From positions 19,437,396-19,501,395 of the forward strand of contig NC_057716.1 of assembly GCF_004010195.1 (NCBI RefSeq): DNA of 64,000 nucleotides, written 5' to 3'. The position numbers and the translations under genes are program-made. Below are positions 13,901-27,630 of this stretch, one piece after another. Position 1 is the first letter of the stretch. Each line of letters opens with the position of its first letter. Origin of the DNA: Chiloscyllium plagiosum. Lineage: Eukaryota. The notes below the pieces were generated by a model that did not search any database, was not told where the DNA came from, and was given only the letters and a program-made list of their open reading frames with translations.

Positions 13901-15074
13901 GAAGATGGCTTGTAACATTATAAAAGCAGGAGTGTCTGAGATCTGTATAAGAATATGCACCTCCACTTATCTGGTGATGTTTAACACAAGGTATGGCCTA
14001 CCCAGTTCGTAACTGATGATGTTGTGCCTGAGATGGAGAGCTGTAGGTGTAATGAAGTTACAGGAATTGTATCATACACTGCCAGTATACCATTCACATT
14101 GGAGCTACAGGACACACTGAGGTTACCACAAAGGTCCTACTTTCTCAACCTACCCTCTCGCCCGAGGTCTGGTGACCCTCAGGTTAAACTCACTACAGTC
14201 TACTCTATTCACAGTGAAGCGACAGGATTTAATTGTACATTGAATATGTCCTGCTCAAACCAGTCATTTAAGTGTTGAAGTGAGAGGGTTTTGTTTGCTT
14301 TGTGTGCAGGAACAAGCAGGGAGGTGACAACTGTCTCTAAGCTGATCCCACGAAGGACAGAGATGAACTCAAGCGGAGAAGCAAGGAATCTGCATCCTAT
14401 AAATCTCTCTCACTAACCAAACATGGTGAAGCCTCAGAAATAAGAATTGTTCACTCAAGTCTGGAACTTGTCATTGCTGAGCCTTTCCCCTCTGGCAGGA
14501 TCAATATTGTTTGTAGCTGTACCACTCACACCTGCTGTGGTGTTGCTGACACTGAATCAGAGCTCCTGACAAAATGGTAAGACAGTGGCAACTGACCCCA
14601 CATCAAACCCCAATCAGCAGCAATTGACAACTCTGTCTTGTTACAGGCTGGCCTGAATAGGCAGTGACTGTTCATTCAGTGCACCTGCCAACGCGGTGAC
14701 ATTCTATTCATATTTAATGATATTAATTATTTAAGTGCCAGCAGTTCTCTATATTTTGTTTACAAATATTCAGGTATCATATGTTGTTTTGGACACAAGT
14801 TTTCCAGCAGTGCTTGTGTGAATTGTGGCAATCTGCATTAAAGGTTATTAAAGGTGATACATGTTATACGTGTTCTAGGCCAACAATTAGCAGACCTGGC
14901 TGCACCTACAATGACACGCACCACCACCTGCACATTATCCTCTGAGGGACTTACAATCCTGACTTGGAATGATATTATCTCTCCTTTTGTGTTGCTACAT
15001 CAAAAATCCCTCCCTAACAGCAATGTAGGTGTAAGTGCAACATATGGACTGCAGTGGATCAGGAAGGCAGCTCA

Positions 15075-15446
<372 letters not shown>

Positions 15447-15664
15447 TTATGCAGATGATGTATAAACAGAAAATGTCACAACTGCTTCACAGCAACAATG
15501 CACCAAGTAGGAGATGTGACAATGTGCCAGGATTGCCATCATTGCATGGAGTTTACGCTATGAAACTACACTGAAGATCCCTCTACATCTTGGCACACGA
15601 CGCAAGTAGGACAACTAAGTTCATCAAACACCCCGTGTGTTGGGCATCTGTTCTTGATTCTCTT

Positions 15665-16010
15665 TTCAGGGACTAGTTTGCAGCTAGCAAGGCTGGCATT
15701 TGTTATCCCATACCTTGAAATCAGAGGCTTTTTAGTCCATAGCAGAAAAGCAGTTCAGAGTCAACTGCGCTCCACAAGTCACGTGCAGGTCAGAGTGGGT
15801 AAGGACGGCAAATTTCCTTTCTAAAGGGCATTAATGAACCAAGGGGGTTTTTGCAACAATCAATGATAATTGCCCTGGTCACCATTATTGATAGTTAGCT
15901 TGAGATTCCAAAGTTATAAAATGAATTAAAGTTCTGGTGGGATTTATACCAATGTGCCCAAAGCCTCTGGGTTACTAGTCCAGTGATATAGCCACTACAC
16001 CATTCTTTTC
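15665..16010 (-). mobile_element. Shark SINE with GGGCAATAAATGCTGGCC-type tail (related copies ~4840-5040 +, ~28690-29100 +, ~43930-44165 -)
   Basis: Shared motifs GGTTCATTAATGCCCTTTAG..GGAAATTTGCCGTCCTTACC and AAATGCCAGCCTTGCTAGC across copies; family name not assigned. Confidence 0.6.
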
Positions 16011-16331
16011 CGCCTCAAAAAGTAAAGTAGCTTATAAATTCCCATGCAAACAACTAAGCTTCAAAATATTGGTCACATCCGATTCTTCTGCATAGTCTGC
16101 CCAACAAGGTGTGCTGGAACTATACTTAACAAGCTCATTAAGATAAAACCTACACCAAATACAACCTGAAAAATCAGAAAATGATAGTCAGTACAAGTAG
16201 GCTAACTCCAAGAAGCTACAATGTGCAGGTCATGACTTCATCAGCCAAGATTTCTGCAGTACAGTTAATGAGGGTGAGGATCCAGACCTTCAGTATCCAT
16301 TACAGGCTGAGAGATTCACCTCCCTGAACTA

Positions 16332-17180
<849 letters not shown>

Positions 17181-17291
17181 ACTGTGAACAGCGTAACTGA
17201 ATAAACATTTCCAATATACCAGACAGCATTCCCAGCACAACTTGGAAAAACTGCAAATAGTCTTGGCCTATCGCAATTATAGCAGTGTTAC

Positions 17292-17342
17292 CTTGAACTG
17301 GGAGAGCCAATCCTCCACCACCTCTATGTCAGAATTTAGCAT
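17292..17342 (-). CDS. HYCC2: HYCC2 first coding exon (start codon; exon extends to acceptor at 17367)
   Basis: aaaATG CTA...TTCAAG|GTaac; MLNSDIEVVEDWLSQFK, cf. hyccin VVEEWLSEFK. Upstream acceptor ttttttttctcAG at 17368-17369. Confidence 0.93.
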
Positions 17343-18903
17343 TTTCTTACTGTTCTCTCTTATTCACCTGAGAAAAAAAATTTCAATTTTACAACTTTCA
17401 GAAGCATCATGTTACACATATCACAACCTTAAAAAGTACATGGATGAGCATTGAAATGTTATAACATTCAAGGCTATGGGCCTGGTGCTATAAGGTGGGA
17501 TTAGTGGAAGTAGGTTGGCGCACACTTGATGGGTTGAAGGGCCTCTTTCTGTACTGTATGACACTATAACATGAGACAGTAGCGAGAGGCGTATCCAGGC
17601 TTGCTGAGGTCATTTAAGTGGCATAGCAAATACTGTCAATGGGTACAGAATGTTGCAAAGAGACATTCAGTCAGTGGGCAAACAGTGACAGATGCAGTTT
17701 GACTTGGGGATGCAAGTGAAAATACGAAGACTAGGCAGATCAAAAAAAAAAGTGGTTTGATCAGCAAACCTTATTTTGGAGATGATTGAGGCATCGATTG
17801 TAGGGAGTCATGCCAGGCTGCAACCTGCAGAAGCATGAGCAGGAGCTGCAGAGTGTCCAGGAGTGAGTGGAAGAGGTCGAGCAGTGGACCGCGACATCAG
17901 AGACTGCAATCGAGTCCTCGGTGGGACAGAGCCAGACCCTGGAGAAGCAAATATGGGCCTTAGTAGAACAGGTCGACGACCTCGAAAACTGAGGTCGAAG
18001 AAAAATCATCCAGGTGGTCGGGCTGCTGGAGCGAGAGGAAGGCGAACAGCCAACCAGTTTTTTTTTTCCAAAGAATGGCTGCTGCGATTCCTGGGCTGGG
18101 AGGCCGAGACAGGTTGGGTGCGGATTGAGAGAGCTCACTGGGTGGCAGTGCACAGGCCCAGTTCGGACCAGTGTCCCCGCCCAGTCCTAGTGCAATTCCA
18201 GTACTACAGGGACAAGAAAAAGGTACTGGAAGCCTCCAGATCACTGGGAAAGGATCCACAGATTTACAAAGGATCAAAGATTATGTATTTTCAGGACTTT
18301 TCTGCGACCGTGATCCGCAAGAGGAAGTCCTTTGATGAGGTGAAGAGGAGACTGAGGGATCTGGAGATTTCATATTCCATTAGGTACCCAGCAGTGCTCC
18401 GCTTTACTCACAAAGGGTCTGCGCATGTATTTGACTCCTCAGACAAAGCAAAGAACTTTCCGGACACTTTGAAATAGACCAGGTGGTCCAAGAACATGGA
18501 CAATGTTCTCTTTTCTTTTCCCTATTCTTTTTCTCTACTTTGGGACTTCTTTTACTTTATTATTTTATTACAGAAAGTGTTGCTTTTTTTATATAGTGAT
18601 AATTGAAGTCAAGGTAGGCTTGGGGATGGGTGAAGTGCTCCCTTTTAATTTTTTTGTCCGTAATACCTATTTTTGTTGTTTATCCTTCGCCTGAGTTTGG
18701 GGCACGGCTCAAGCTAGGAGTAGCTATGGAGGTGAATGCGGGAAGTGGGCTGGGGGAAAAACAGTCTCCCATCAAGTGTTTTTTGTATGTTGTAATCGGT
18801 TTAGTTTGCTAGCTTTTAGTTTTCTTAATGTAGCTTGAATGTGTGTATTTTTAGACTCTATGGGTCTTCATTTATTTACATTCAACATGCTGTGAGTAGG
18901 GTT

Positions 18904-19212
18904 TGATTAGATTAGATTCCCTACAGCGTGGAAACAGGCCCAACCAGTCCACACCGACCCTCTGAAGAGTAACCAACCCAGACCCATTTCCCTCTGACTA
19001 ATGCACCTAACACTATAGGTAATTTAGCACGGCCAATTCACCTGACCTGCACATCTTTGGACTGTGGGAGGAAACCGGAGCACCCAGAGGAAACCCCTGC
19101 AGACACTGGGAGAACGTGCAAACCCCACACAGACAGTCACCTGAGGCTGTAATTGAACCTGGGTCCCTGGTGCTGTGAGGCAGCAGTGCTAACCACTGAG
19201 CCACCGTGCTGT
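18904..19212 (-). mobile_element. HE1-type V-SINE nested in the L1 inter-ORF spacer
   Basis: tRNA-like head GCACGGTGGCTCAGTGGTTAGCACTGCTGCCTCACAGCACCAGGGACCCAGGTTCAATT, V-domain GGTGCTCCGGTTTCCTCCCACAGTCCAAAG, (AATCT)n tail. Confidence 0.9.
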
Positions 19213-21432
19213 CCTTGGGTTCTTCCTCTTGGGGATTCAAGAGTAGTTATAGAGGGATATGACTAAGTGTCTCCTCAAATGGCGCACCTGGAATATTAAG
19301 GGGAGTCACTCGTTGGTCAAGAGAAAAAAGTACTTCCAAGTCTCAGGAAGGAGGGCTGATATTGCCTTGTTGCAAGAAACCCATCTTAATGATAAGGAGC
19401 ACCTAAAGTTACAGCAAGATGGGGTTTGATTTGGTGTTTTTTCATCTTTTAACACTAAGAGCAGGGGAGTGGCAATACTTGCCCAGAAGAGTCTCCCATT
19501 TAAGTTATTAGATCAAGTTAAAGAAGAATATGAGCGGTTTGTAATTCTTAAAGCTTAAATACATGGTGAAGAGTATGGCATTCTAAATGTTTAGAATTTG
19601 GCACACCCCTCAAATTCCTGACAGATGCACTTTCTAAGTTGATTGCCCTTGGAACATGACACAATATCATAGGGGGAGATTTTAATCATCTCATGGACCC
19701 CATAGTGGACAGCATGCCCAAGGTCCCCCAAATATTTCAAAGCAATCCAATGAATTGGTTGCCTTATGCTTGGAATTGGGCCTGGTGGACATTTGGAGAT
19801 GTCTCAGACTGGTAGGGACTTCACCTTTCTCTCTAACCCACACAAGTGTCATACCAGGATTGACCTTTCTTTAGCTTCGATTTTTCTGGATTCGGTGATG
19901 TCGTGTAAAATTGGGAAAATCCTGATCACTCAGCACTGTATTTGAAGGTTGAGATTAAGGGCAACGGAATAGGTTCCAGCCTTTGGTGGATGGATCCTTT
20001 TGTACTCAAGGACAGTAACTTTGTTGAATACTTGAGTGAGTTCAAAGCATTCTTGGCTATCAATTTGGGTACAGCTAGTAACCCGCCTACACTCTGGGAG
20101 ACTGCTAAAGCCGATGCTAGGGGGAATAGCTATCTCTTATTTGGCTAGCCTGAAGAGACACAAGGGAGAGCAATGTCAGCTCGAGGAATGGTTGAAGGCA
20201 GCTGAAACCTGTATATTTTGATAAGCCATCAGTGACTAAATTGCAGCAAGTCACAGCTTTCCAGGTTGCCTTGAACTCCATGCTCACTCAGACAGCCAAG
20301 AGAGAACTCTCTTTCGTGAAACAAAGGCTGTTTGAGCCTGGCAATAGACCAGAAGAATCCATTACATCAATTAGAGAAGACACGGGGATTCTTACGTGTG
20401 ACTCTAAAAGGATCAATGCGGTTCAGAGTTTTTACTCTGAGCTATATTGGTCTGACTGCTGCAAGGATTGGTCGGCTACGATACAGTCTTTTGTTAAGAA
20501 CCTGGATCTTCCAGGTTTGACCTCAAAACAGGCATCTTGTCTTAATGCCCCCTTGACAGTGCGAGAGATACAGGAGGCAGTAATACAGCTCCAAAGGGGG
20601 AAGGTGCCAAGCCCCAATGGTCTCCCGAGTGAATTCTACAAAGAATTTATAAATATCCTGTCAGGGCTGATACTGGACATGTCCAACTATTCGTACAGTC
20701 ATGACTGCCACTCCGCCATCTGAGAGAGGCCAACACTTCTGATTCTCAAAAATGGGAAGACCTTGGAGGACTGTGCTTCATACAGGCCCATTTCGCCACT
20801 AATTTCGGACTTTAAAATTTTATCCAAGACTCTTGCATTGAGATTGGAGAAAGCGTTGCCCTATTTTGTTAAGGAGGACAAGATGGGTTTTATAAAGGGC
20901 CGTAGGTCCTTCAATAATATTAGAAAATTACTGAATATAGTCCAAGTGTGTCAGCAACGATTGGTTCAGGGTTTGGTCATCTCTTTAGACACAGAGTAGG
21001 CATTCGATCGGGTGGAGTGGCCATATTTTTTAATACTCTGGAACAGTTTGTCAGATGGGTGGAGGTCCTGTATAGTGACCCTCTGGCTGAGGTTCTCACC
21101 AATGCTGTAAGATCCAGTAATTTCAGTATCAGTTGAGGCAGTCAGCAGGGTTGTCCCCTTTCATCACTACTCTTTATGTTGGTGATTGAGTCACTGGCAG
21201 AGGATATCCATAAGGACCCTAATATAGCTGCCCAGGAAGTGGGATCAAGGGCATATAAGATTACGTTATATGCAAATGATGTTCTCCTCTTCTTATTAAA
21301 CCCGGCAGTTTCTGTGCCCCATTTCATACAATGTATTAATTTATTTGGCTCTTTTTCAGGATTTAAGATCAATTTTGAAAAAGCAGAGGCTATGCCGTGG
21401 GGGGGTCTTAGGGGAATACCTGATATTGAAAG

Positions 21433-21840
21433 CAATAGACAATAGGTGCAGGAGTAGGCCATTCTGCCCTTCGATCCTGCACCACCATTCATTATGATCA
21501 TGGCTGATCATCCTCAATCAGTATCCTGTTCCTGCCTTATCTCCATAACCCTTGATTCCACTATCCTTGAGAGCTCTATCCAACTCTTTCTTAAATGAAT
21601 CCAGAGATTGGGCCTCCTGAGGCAGAGCATTCCACACAGCCACCACTCTCTGGGTGAAGAAGTTTCTCCTCATCTCTGTCCCAAATGGTCTACCTCTTAT
21701 TTTTAAGCTGTGTCCTCTGGTTCGGCACTCACCCATCAGCGGAAACATGTTTCCTGCCTCCAGAGTGTCCAATCCTTTAATAATCTTATATGTCTCAATC
21801 AGATCCCCTCTCAGTCTTCTAAACTCAAGGGTATACAAGC
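21433..21840 (-). mobile_element. Young CR1 3' fragment nested in L1 ORF2
   Basis: Near-intact frame 'YTLEFRRLRGDLIETYKIIKGLD..RGHSLKIRG..FFTQRVVAVWNALP..GYGDKAGTGY*'. Confidence 0.92.
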
Positions 21841-22106
21841 GAATTATGATTCCTCTTTAAATGGTCACAGGGCAGTTTTCTTTACTTACGTATTTTTGTT
21901 ACTCCCACCTTTGATCATTTATTTAAGGCTAATTTTGCTCAGTTGCTTGACAAGATTAGACAAGACCTTCAAAGATGGGAGGCCTTTCCGATCTCTTGGT
22001 TAGGTCGAATAGCCCTTATCAAAATGCATGTCCTTCCTCATCTGTTATATCCCATTGGAATGCTGCCTCTGATGTTTCCCAGGCAAAGGTTGTGGAGACT
22101 CACTGG

Positions 22107-22387
22107 TTGTTGTGGTTCTGTTCGCCGAGCTGCAAGTTTCTGTTGCATTCGGCATTCGTGTAGGAACCGGAGTTGTTCGTATGTGGCGCTTAGTCGGTTA
22201 GCGCAGGATTCCCATTTCCTGGCTTGTCTCAGCGTTTCTCGTCCGTAAGTGTTCAAAGTTTGTGCGAAGATTTGTAGCTCGGGTGCTCGTTGTTGTGGTT
22301 CTGTTCGCCGAGCAAAAACTTCCATTTCAGCGAACAGAACCACAACAACGAGCACCCGAGCTACAAATCTTCGCACAAACTTTGAAC
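22107..22387. mobile_element. Penelope-like element terminal-repeat remnant nested in L1
   Basis: Same termini as the 54883-56118 element. Minus frame 'YGRETLRQARKWESCANRLSATYEQLRFLHECR' resembles a PLE ORF N-terminus. Flanked by duplicated ACTCACTGGTTG. Confidence 0.8.
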
Positions 22388-24399
22388 TCACTGGTTGGTT
22401 TAGTTATTTTATTTGGCATCACAGGCAGCCCTTCATTAAGCTTGCCAACTTGCAGTTACCCCCAAGGGTTGTGGGGAGTAGACTTTTCAGATATTAAGAG
22501 ATACCAGCTAAGTCCCCTTCGTCCTTTGTGAGCGACTGGGCTTATGAGGACCCGAGATCAATATAGTTGGATATTGAGGCTTCCCAGGAAAAGTGTCCCC
22601 TTACTAGGCTGTTGTTTATGGATAAGATGGGGACAGTTACGGAATATTGTCAGAATCCAACCAGCATTAATACGGTCAAAGCAGAGAGAGCAATGTGACA
22701 GAGCAAGGGCAGTTTATCTGAAACTTCCTTTCTTACCCCTATAGTTTAATGCCAGAATTTTGGCCAGGGATAATGGACCCTGGATTCAACCTGTGGGCAA
22801 CTAGGGGAGTGCCCTGTTTGGGAGATCTATTTAAGGGGGGGATGTCACAATGTTCCTTGACCAAATGAGCCGCACTTATGGATTGCCCAGCGCAGATCTT
22901 TATCAGTACTTTCAGGTTGGGAACTTCTCCAAAAAACGACTACGCTTTTGACCAACGAACAACATTGAGCGACTGTGTGAGGTCTGGGAGCAAGAGTGGG
23001 AGTGGAGATTCCCTCAGAGACATGGAGGACATTTGAGAAAATGCAAGAAAGGTCTCGAAGTGCAACAGAATACACACCATGCTGTTGAAGGTTCTTCATT
23101 GGGTTCATTTGGCCCCAGATCGTCTTGCAAAATTCAAAAAGGGAGCATCGCCAATGTGCCCCAAGTACAAAAAACGCATTGGTACCCTCACTCATTGTTT
23201 GCAGTCATGCCACAAGCTTTGTAGGTACTGGAGCACTGTGGCAGGAGTAATAGAGAGGGCCCTGGGGACTGAAGGTAAGGTAGACTCAGTTTCTCTGGTC
23301 TTGGGCCTGCCGAATTTATTTTCCTTAGACGCACGTGGGAAAAAGCTATTTAACATTCTCTCTTACAGTGCGAGGAAGACCATTTTGATGAGCTGGGTGT
23401 CTGAGAACCCTCCAGGCCTGTTGGAGTTGCACAAGTTAATTATGGAATACATCCCTTTGGATTTCCTCACAAACATGAGGCACCACAAAACGGAACTTTT
23501 TTTTAAATAAGATATGGCAGCCCTCTTTGAATTATCTTGAAGCACATTTGTCTGCCATTTTAATTAGGGCCTTTGTTTAACCATGATGATTAGGTTTAGT
23601 GAGCCTTGTACCCTGGGAAGAAGAGTCCCAAATAAATATGGGTGTAATAATTAATGCTGCTGAAGGTTGGGAGCTTTGGTATGGTTGCACTGAGTGGTGT
23701 TATTTATTTATGTATAGATTTGTTGAGAGTGTAGTTATGATTTTTTTTGTACAGTAGGGTAGTAGCTTATTGTAATGGTTATAATTTTAAATTGTTTTAT
23801 TTTTGTAATTATATAACTTTGTAAAGAAAACAATTTCTCAATATAAATATTTTTTTAAAAAGTCACAACTTACAACAATTGAAGGGGAAAAGTGAACTGA
23901 CTATCTTCAGGTGTCAGCTGCTTTACAGCACAACAGAAACACAGCTCCTTCCTTTCCAGAGGTCCAACTGCTCCAGCTACCTGAGAGCCAAACACCAAGT
24001 TGTCAGCAGGCCTGAGGTCTTTACTATCGCTAACTGAACATTAGACTACAAACCAATCAGCTACTTGTTGTTGCCCAAATCTTCATTCACACAGTGCCGG
24101 GGACCAGCTCACCTATAACGAGGTATCCCCTTGCTGCTTAAACCGACAACTGTGTTAACAATAATTGTTGTGTAACTTGTTTTTAAAAAAGAAATCTGAT
24201 AACAATCCTTCGCTTCTAAACCAGTCCCTTTCCTATTTCAGTTCACAATAAAACACGTGGAACAATCAGAAAGACAAGATGATCTTTACAGAGGGTTGGA
24301 ATGCCACAAGCAGGGTCCACTTGCTGCAGCTGAGCTAAACAGGAGTCAAGGAACAAAAATAGAAAGAAAGATCTGGGGTGGTGAAGCAAGCTATTGGGA

Positions 24400-26100
24400 A
24401 AATTCCAGAGTTATGTCTGTGATTGAGTATTAGATTGCAGTTTTCAAAGTCCAAGGGAGCAGTGGCCCAGGAAAGACATAGGATTTCCGCCTTACCAACC
24501 AGGTTATTTAATCAGACAGACAGAGGAAATTGTAGGGGATTTAGATAAGTTCAAGGTAATCAGGCAGAGTCGATGTGGTTTTGCAAAAGGGAAATCAGTT
24601 TGAACCAATCGATTGGAATTTGTTGAGGAGGTAACCATGGATAAAAAGGAACTGATAAATAGACTGGACTTCAATTTTCAGAAGGCATTTAACAGAGTCA
24701 CACATTAAAAGAATATTGAGGAAAATTAAAACTCATGTGTAGAGGGTAACGTGTTGGCATGGATAGAAGATTGGCTAGACGTGAGGAAGCAGAGAATAAG
24801 TCTAATGAGCCTTTTTCAGGTTGGCACCATGTAACAAGTGGTGTGCCACAGCAATTGGTGCTTGGATCGTTTACGATTTATATAATAATTTGGATGAAAT
24901 GTTAGAAGGTACACGGCCAAATTTGCCAATAATGCAAAGACAGGTGGGAGAGTAAATGGTGAAGATGACGCAAAGAGGGCACAAGATGATGTCAAATGGA
25001 GTATTATGGAGGAAAAATGTGAAACAGTTCATTTGGTGACACGAATAAAAAGTGTACTGTAAATGATGAGAAATTGCAGAGCCTTGAGGTACAGAGGAAT
25101 TAAAATCCTAGTGCATGAAACACAAAAGGTTTGAATATAGGCATAGCAAGTAATTAAGAAAGCTAATAAAATGTTATCATTTATCAAGAAGGGAACAGTA
25201 CATTACATTACCTTACAGTGTGGAAACAGGCCCTTCGGCCCAACAAGTCCACACCGACCCGCCGAAGCGCAACCCACCCATACCCCTACATTTACCCCAT
25301 ACCTAACACTACGGGCAATTTAGCATGGCCAATTCACCTGACCTGCACATCTTTGGACTGTGGGAGGAAACCGGAGCACCCGGAGGAAACCCACGCAGAC
25401 ACGGGGAGAATGTGCAAACTCCACACAGTCAGTCGCCTGAGGCAGGAATTGAACCCAGGTCTCTGGCGCTGTGAGGCAGCAGTGCTAACCACTGTGCCAC
25501 CGTGCCACCCACGGAACAGAATACATAAACAGGAAAATTATGCTTCAGTTATATTGGGCACTGGTTGAGACCACATCTGAAGTACCTTGCACAGTTTCAG
25601 TCACCTTTTTAAGATCAGAAGGATGCAAATATGTTGGAAGCCGCTCAGACACGGTTCACCAGACTAATACCTGGAAACTGCTTTATGAGTAATTATTGGA
25701 CAGGCTATTGCATTTGTTGGAGTTTGGAAGAGTAACAGGCAGTTGATTGAAACAATGAATAACTTGAGGGGTCCTGACAGAATAGGTACAGAGAGGATCT
25801 TATGGAAGAATCTAGAACTATAGGTCACTGTTTAAAAATCAGGATCACCCATTTAAAACAGAAGTGAAACTAAATGTTTTCCCCAGACAAGGTCATGAAT
25901 CTTTGGACCCTTCTTCCTGAAAAGATAGTGGAAGCAGAGTCCTTGAAAGTTTTTATGTAGAGGTAGGTAGATCCTTATGATGCAAAGGACAGAGAGGCTG
26001 TCAGGGTAGGTGGGAATGCAGACTTGAGGTCACAATCAGACTGGACCTTATTGAATAGCAGGACATACTCAAAGGCCTGAATAGCCTCCTCATTTACATT
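24400..26100 (+). mobile_element. Decayed CR1 LINE interrupted by a HE1 SINE
   Basis: TTTCAGAAGGCATTT, AGTGGTGTGCCACAG, CCAAATTTGCC RT-derived motifs. Confidence 0.7.
25199..25512 (-). mobile_element. HE1-type V-SINE, young, with GGAACAG target duplication
   Basis: Full head, V-domain and tail; GGAACAG at 25192-25198 and 25513-25519. Confidence 0.92.
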
Positions 26101-26759
26101 TTGCATGATAGTGTGCATTGAACCTATAGTTCATCAAGGGCCCACATGGACAGAATCTTGTATCCCAGTGGAAGACAGTACATGAGGAATGCGTAACCCA
26201 ATGGTGTCAGTACACGAGGAAGCTGTCCCCCTGTGGCAGTCAGTATGTGAGGAACCCATGTGCACTGAGAATTAGTACAAGGAACCTGCCGTCCTTTGAG
26301 AGTCAGTACCTGAGGAAGTTAATCTTTCATCAAGGAGCTGGAACTCGCAGGAACTTAAGCACTTTGAGTGAAACAGCCAGGTGTACAAAGAGGAATTAAG
26401 TGAGCCATGCTGCAAGAGATCAGTTCCACAGGCTATGGGAACAGGAAGTTACATGGCAAAATGGGGGAAAAGAGGTAAACTCATCAGAAATGGAAAGTGA
26501 TTTTGGAGAGATTCCTGTAAAGAATAGGTTGTAATGTATAAAATGCAGAATAGTGTTGTCAGTCTTATTCAGATTGTTAGCTGCCTACTCAGTAACATTT
26601 ACTTGATGATTTTGTTCGATAAAGTCTTAAAACTTGTAATCTTCTGGCAATGGCTTTGAGTTGGTTAATGGGAATTCAAATGTCTTTTAAAAAACAATTG
26701 ACCTGTGCTCTAACTAGACAGGGATCCAGACAGCAGGTGACATTACAATCTGAAGATCA

Positions 26760-27630
26760 ATGATCGGCTCTCACTGTCACAGATTCCTTTGCAACAGTGA
26801 GAGTAAGAGACTGTGTGGGTTTTCTTTGGGGGGGGTGGTGGTGAGGGATGGAGAGAATGGACCCAACAATGTCTTCCTCTGATGGCCACTTTGGCGTGCG
26901 GTTTCATCATGCTGTGCATAGACCCTTGGTACGTAAACATCATGTTACCAGGTGCTGAAGTTGTACCTTTCCGAGGTTGTGGATCCAGTCGTATTAGTTG
27001 GACTGTACCATAACACCTGTGCTTCATGGAAGAGACTGTACAGAATACCATCTTTGACCACAAGTCCATCAGGCAATGGTTAACACATAACATCCTTGAG
27101 GCCTCGCAGGGAAACGAGAGGGTCAATCCTGTCAGATGGTTCCAGGAGCAGACTGTCACAAGTTATGTGGCAGGATACCACATCACCAGAACTTTCTAAC
27201 CAAGACATAGCTTGACCTTATCAATCAGATCATACAGGCACACGTGGATTCTTTCTGCCACTTTAGAGACTGCTGCTGTGGTAAAGAGACCGGCTCACAT
27301 CTCCACCTCGAATGTGCTTTTGCAAAGAAGGTCTGGAGATGCAGTGGTTTTTGTCAATGTTTACCATGAGCAGGATTGCATAATGCAGAATTCTGTACTC
27401 TACCAGCTGTTACCATGGATGTACACAAAGACAAACATCTACTGCAGCTGAAAGGATGATCCACTCAGTGACAGACACTCTTCAATCTGCTCGAAACGGA
27501 TTGATCTGCCGGTGCAAACAGTTGACTCAAATGAGTGTTGGAGACTGGCACATTCCATGCTGAAGGACACATTAAAAACTTGGGACAGCCATCACAAAGG
27601 CACAGTGAGGAAAACTACTATCTAAAGCCT
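26760..27630 (+). mobile_element. Decayed Tx1/L1-like LINE 3' region
   Basis: Remnant zinc-finger-like C-terminus (CACATCTC..GAATGTGCTTTTGCAAAGAAGGTCTGG, 'HL..ECAFAKKVW'); heavily broken. Confidence 0.45.

Larger units (their letters stand above)
17770..23860 (+). mobile_element. Decayed L1-clade LINE (partial ORF1, ORF2 APE-RT, 3' UTR), antisense in HYCC2 intron 1
   Basis: ORF1 'IERAH..PRPVLVQF..FQDFSATVIRKRKSFDEVKRRL' ends at 18477. ORF2 starts at ATG 19259 (TWNIKG, LLQETHL, GGDFN) with RT motifs SYRPIS, QQGCPLS, TLYAND and a C-terminal CPK..TLTHC. Many frameshifts; T-rich 3' UTR. Confidence 0.93.

Noticed and set aside
17863-18477. 204-aa ORF as a domesticated L1TD1-like gene
   Set aside because: Only the C-terminal part is in the ORF1 frame (frameshift at the T-run near 18060), and it sits in a decayed L1.
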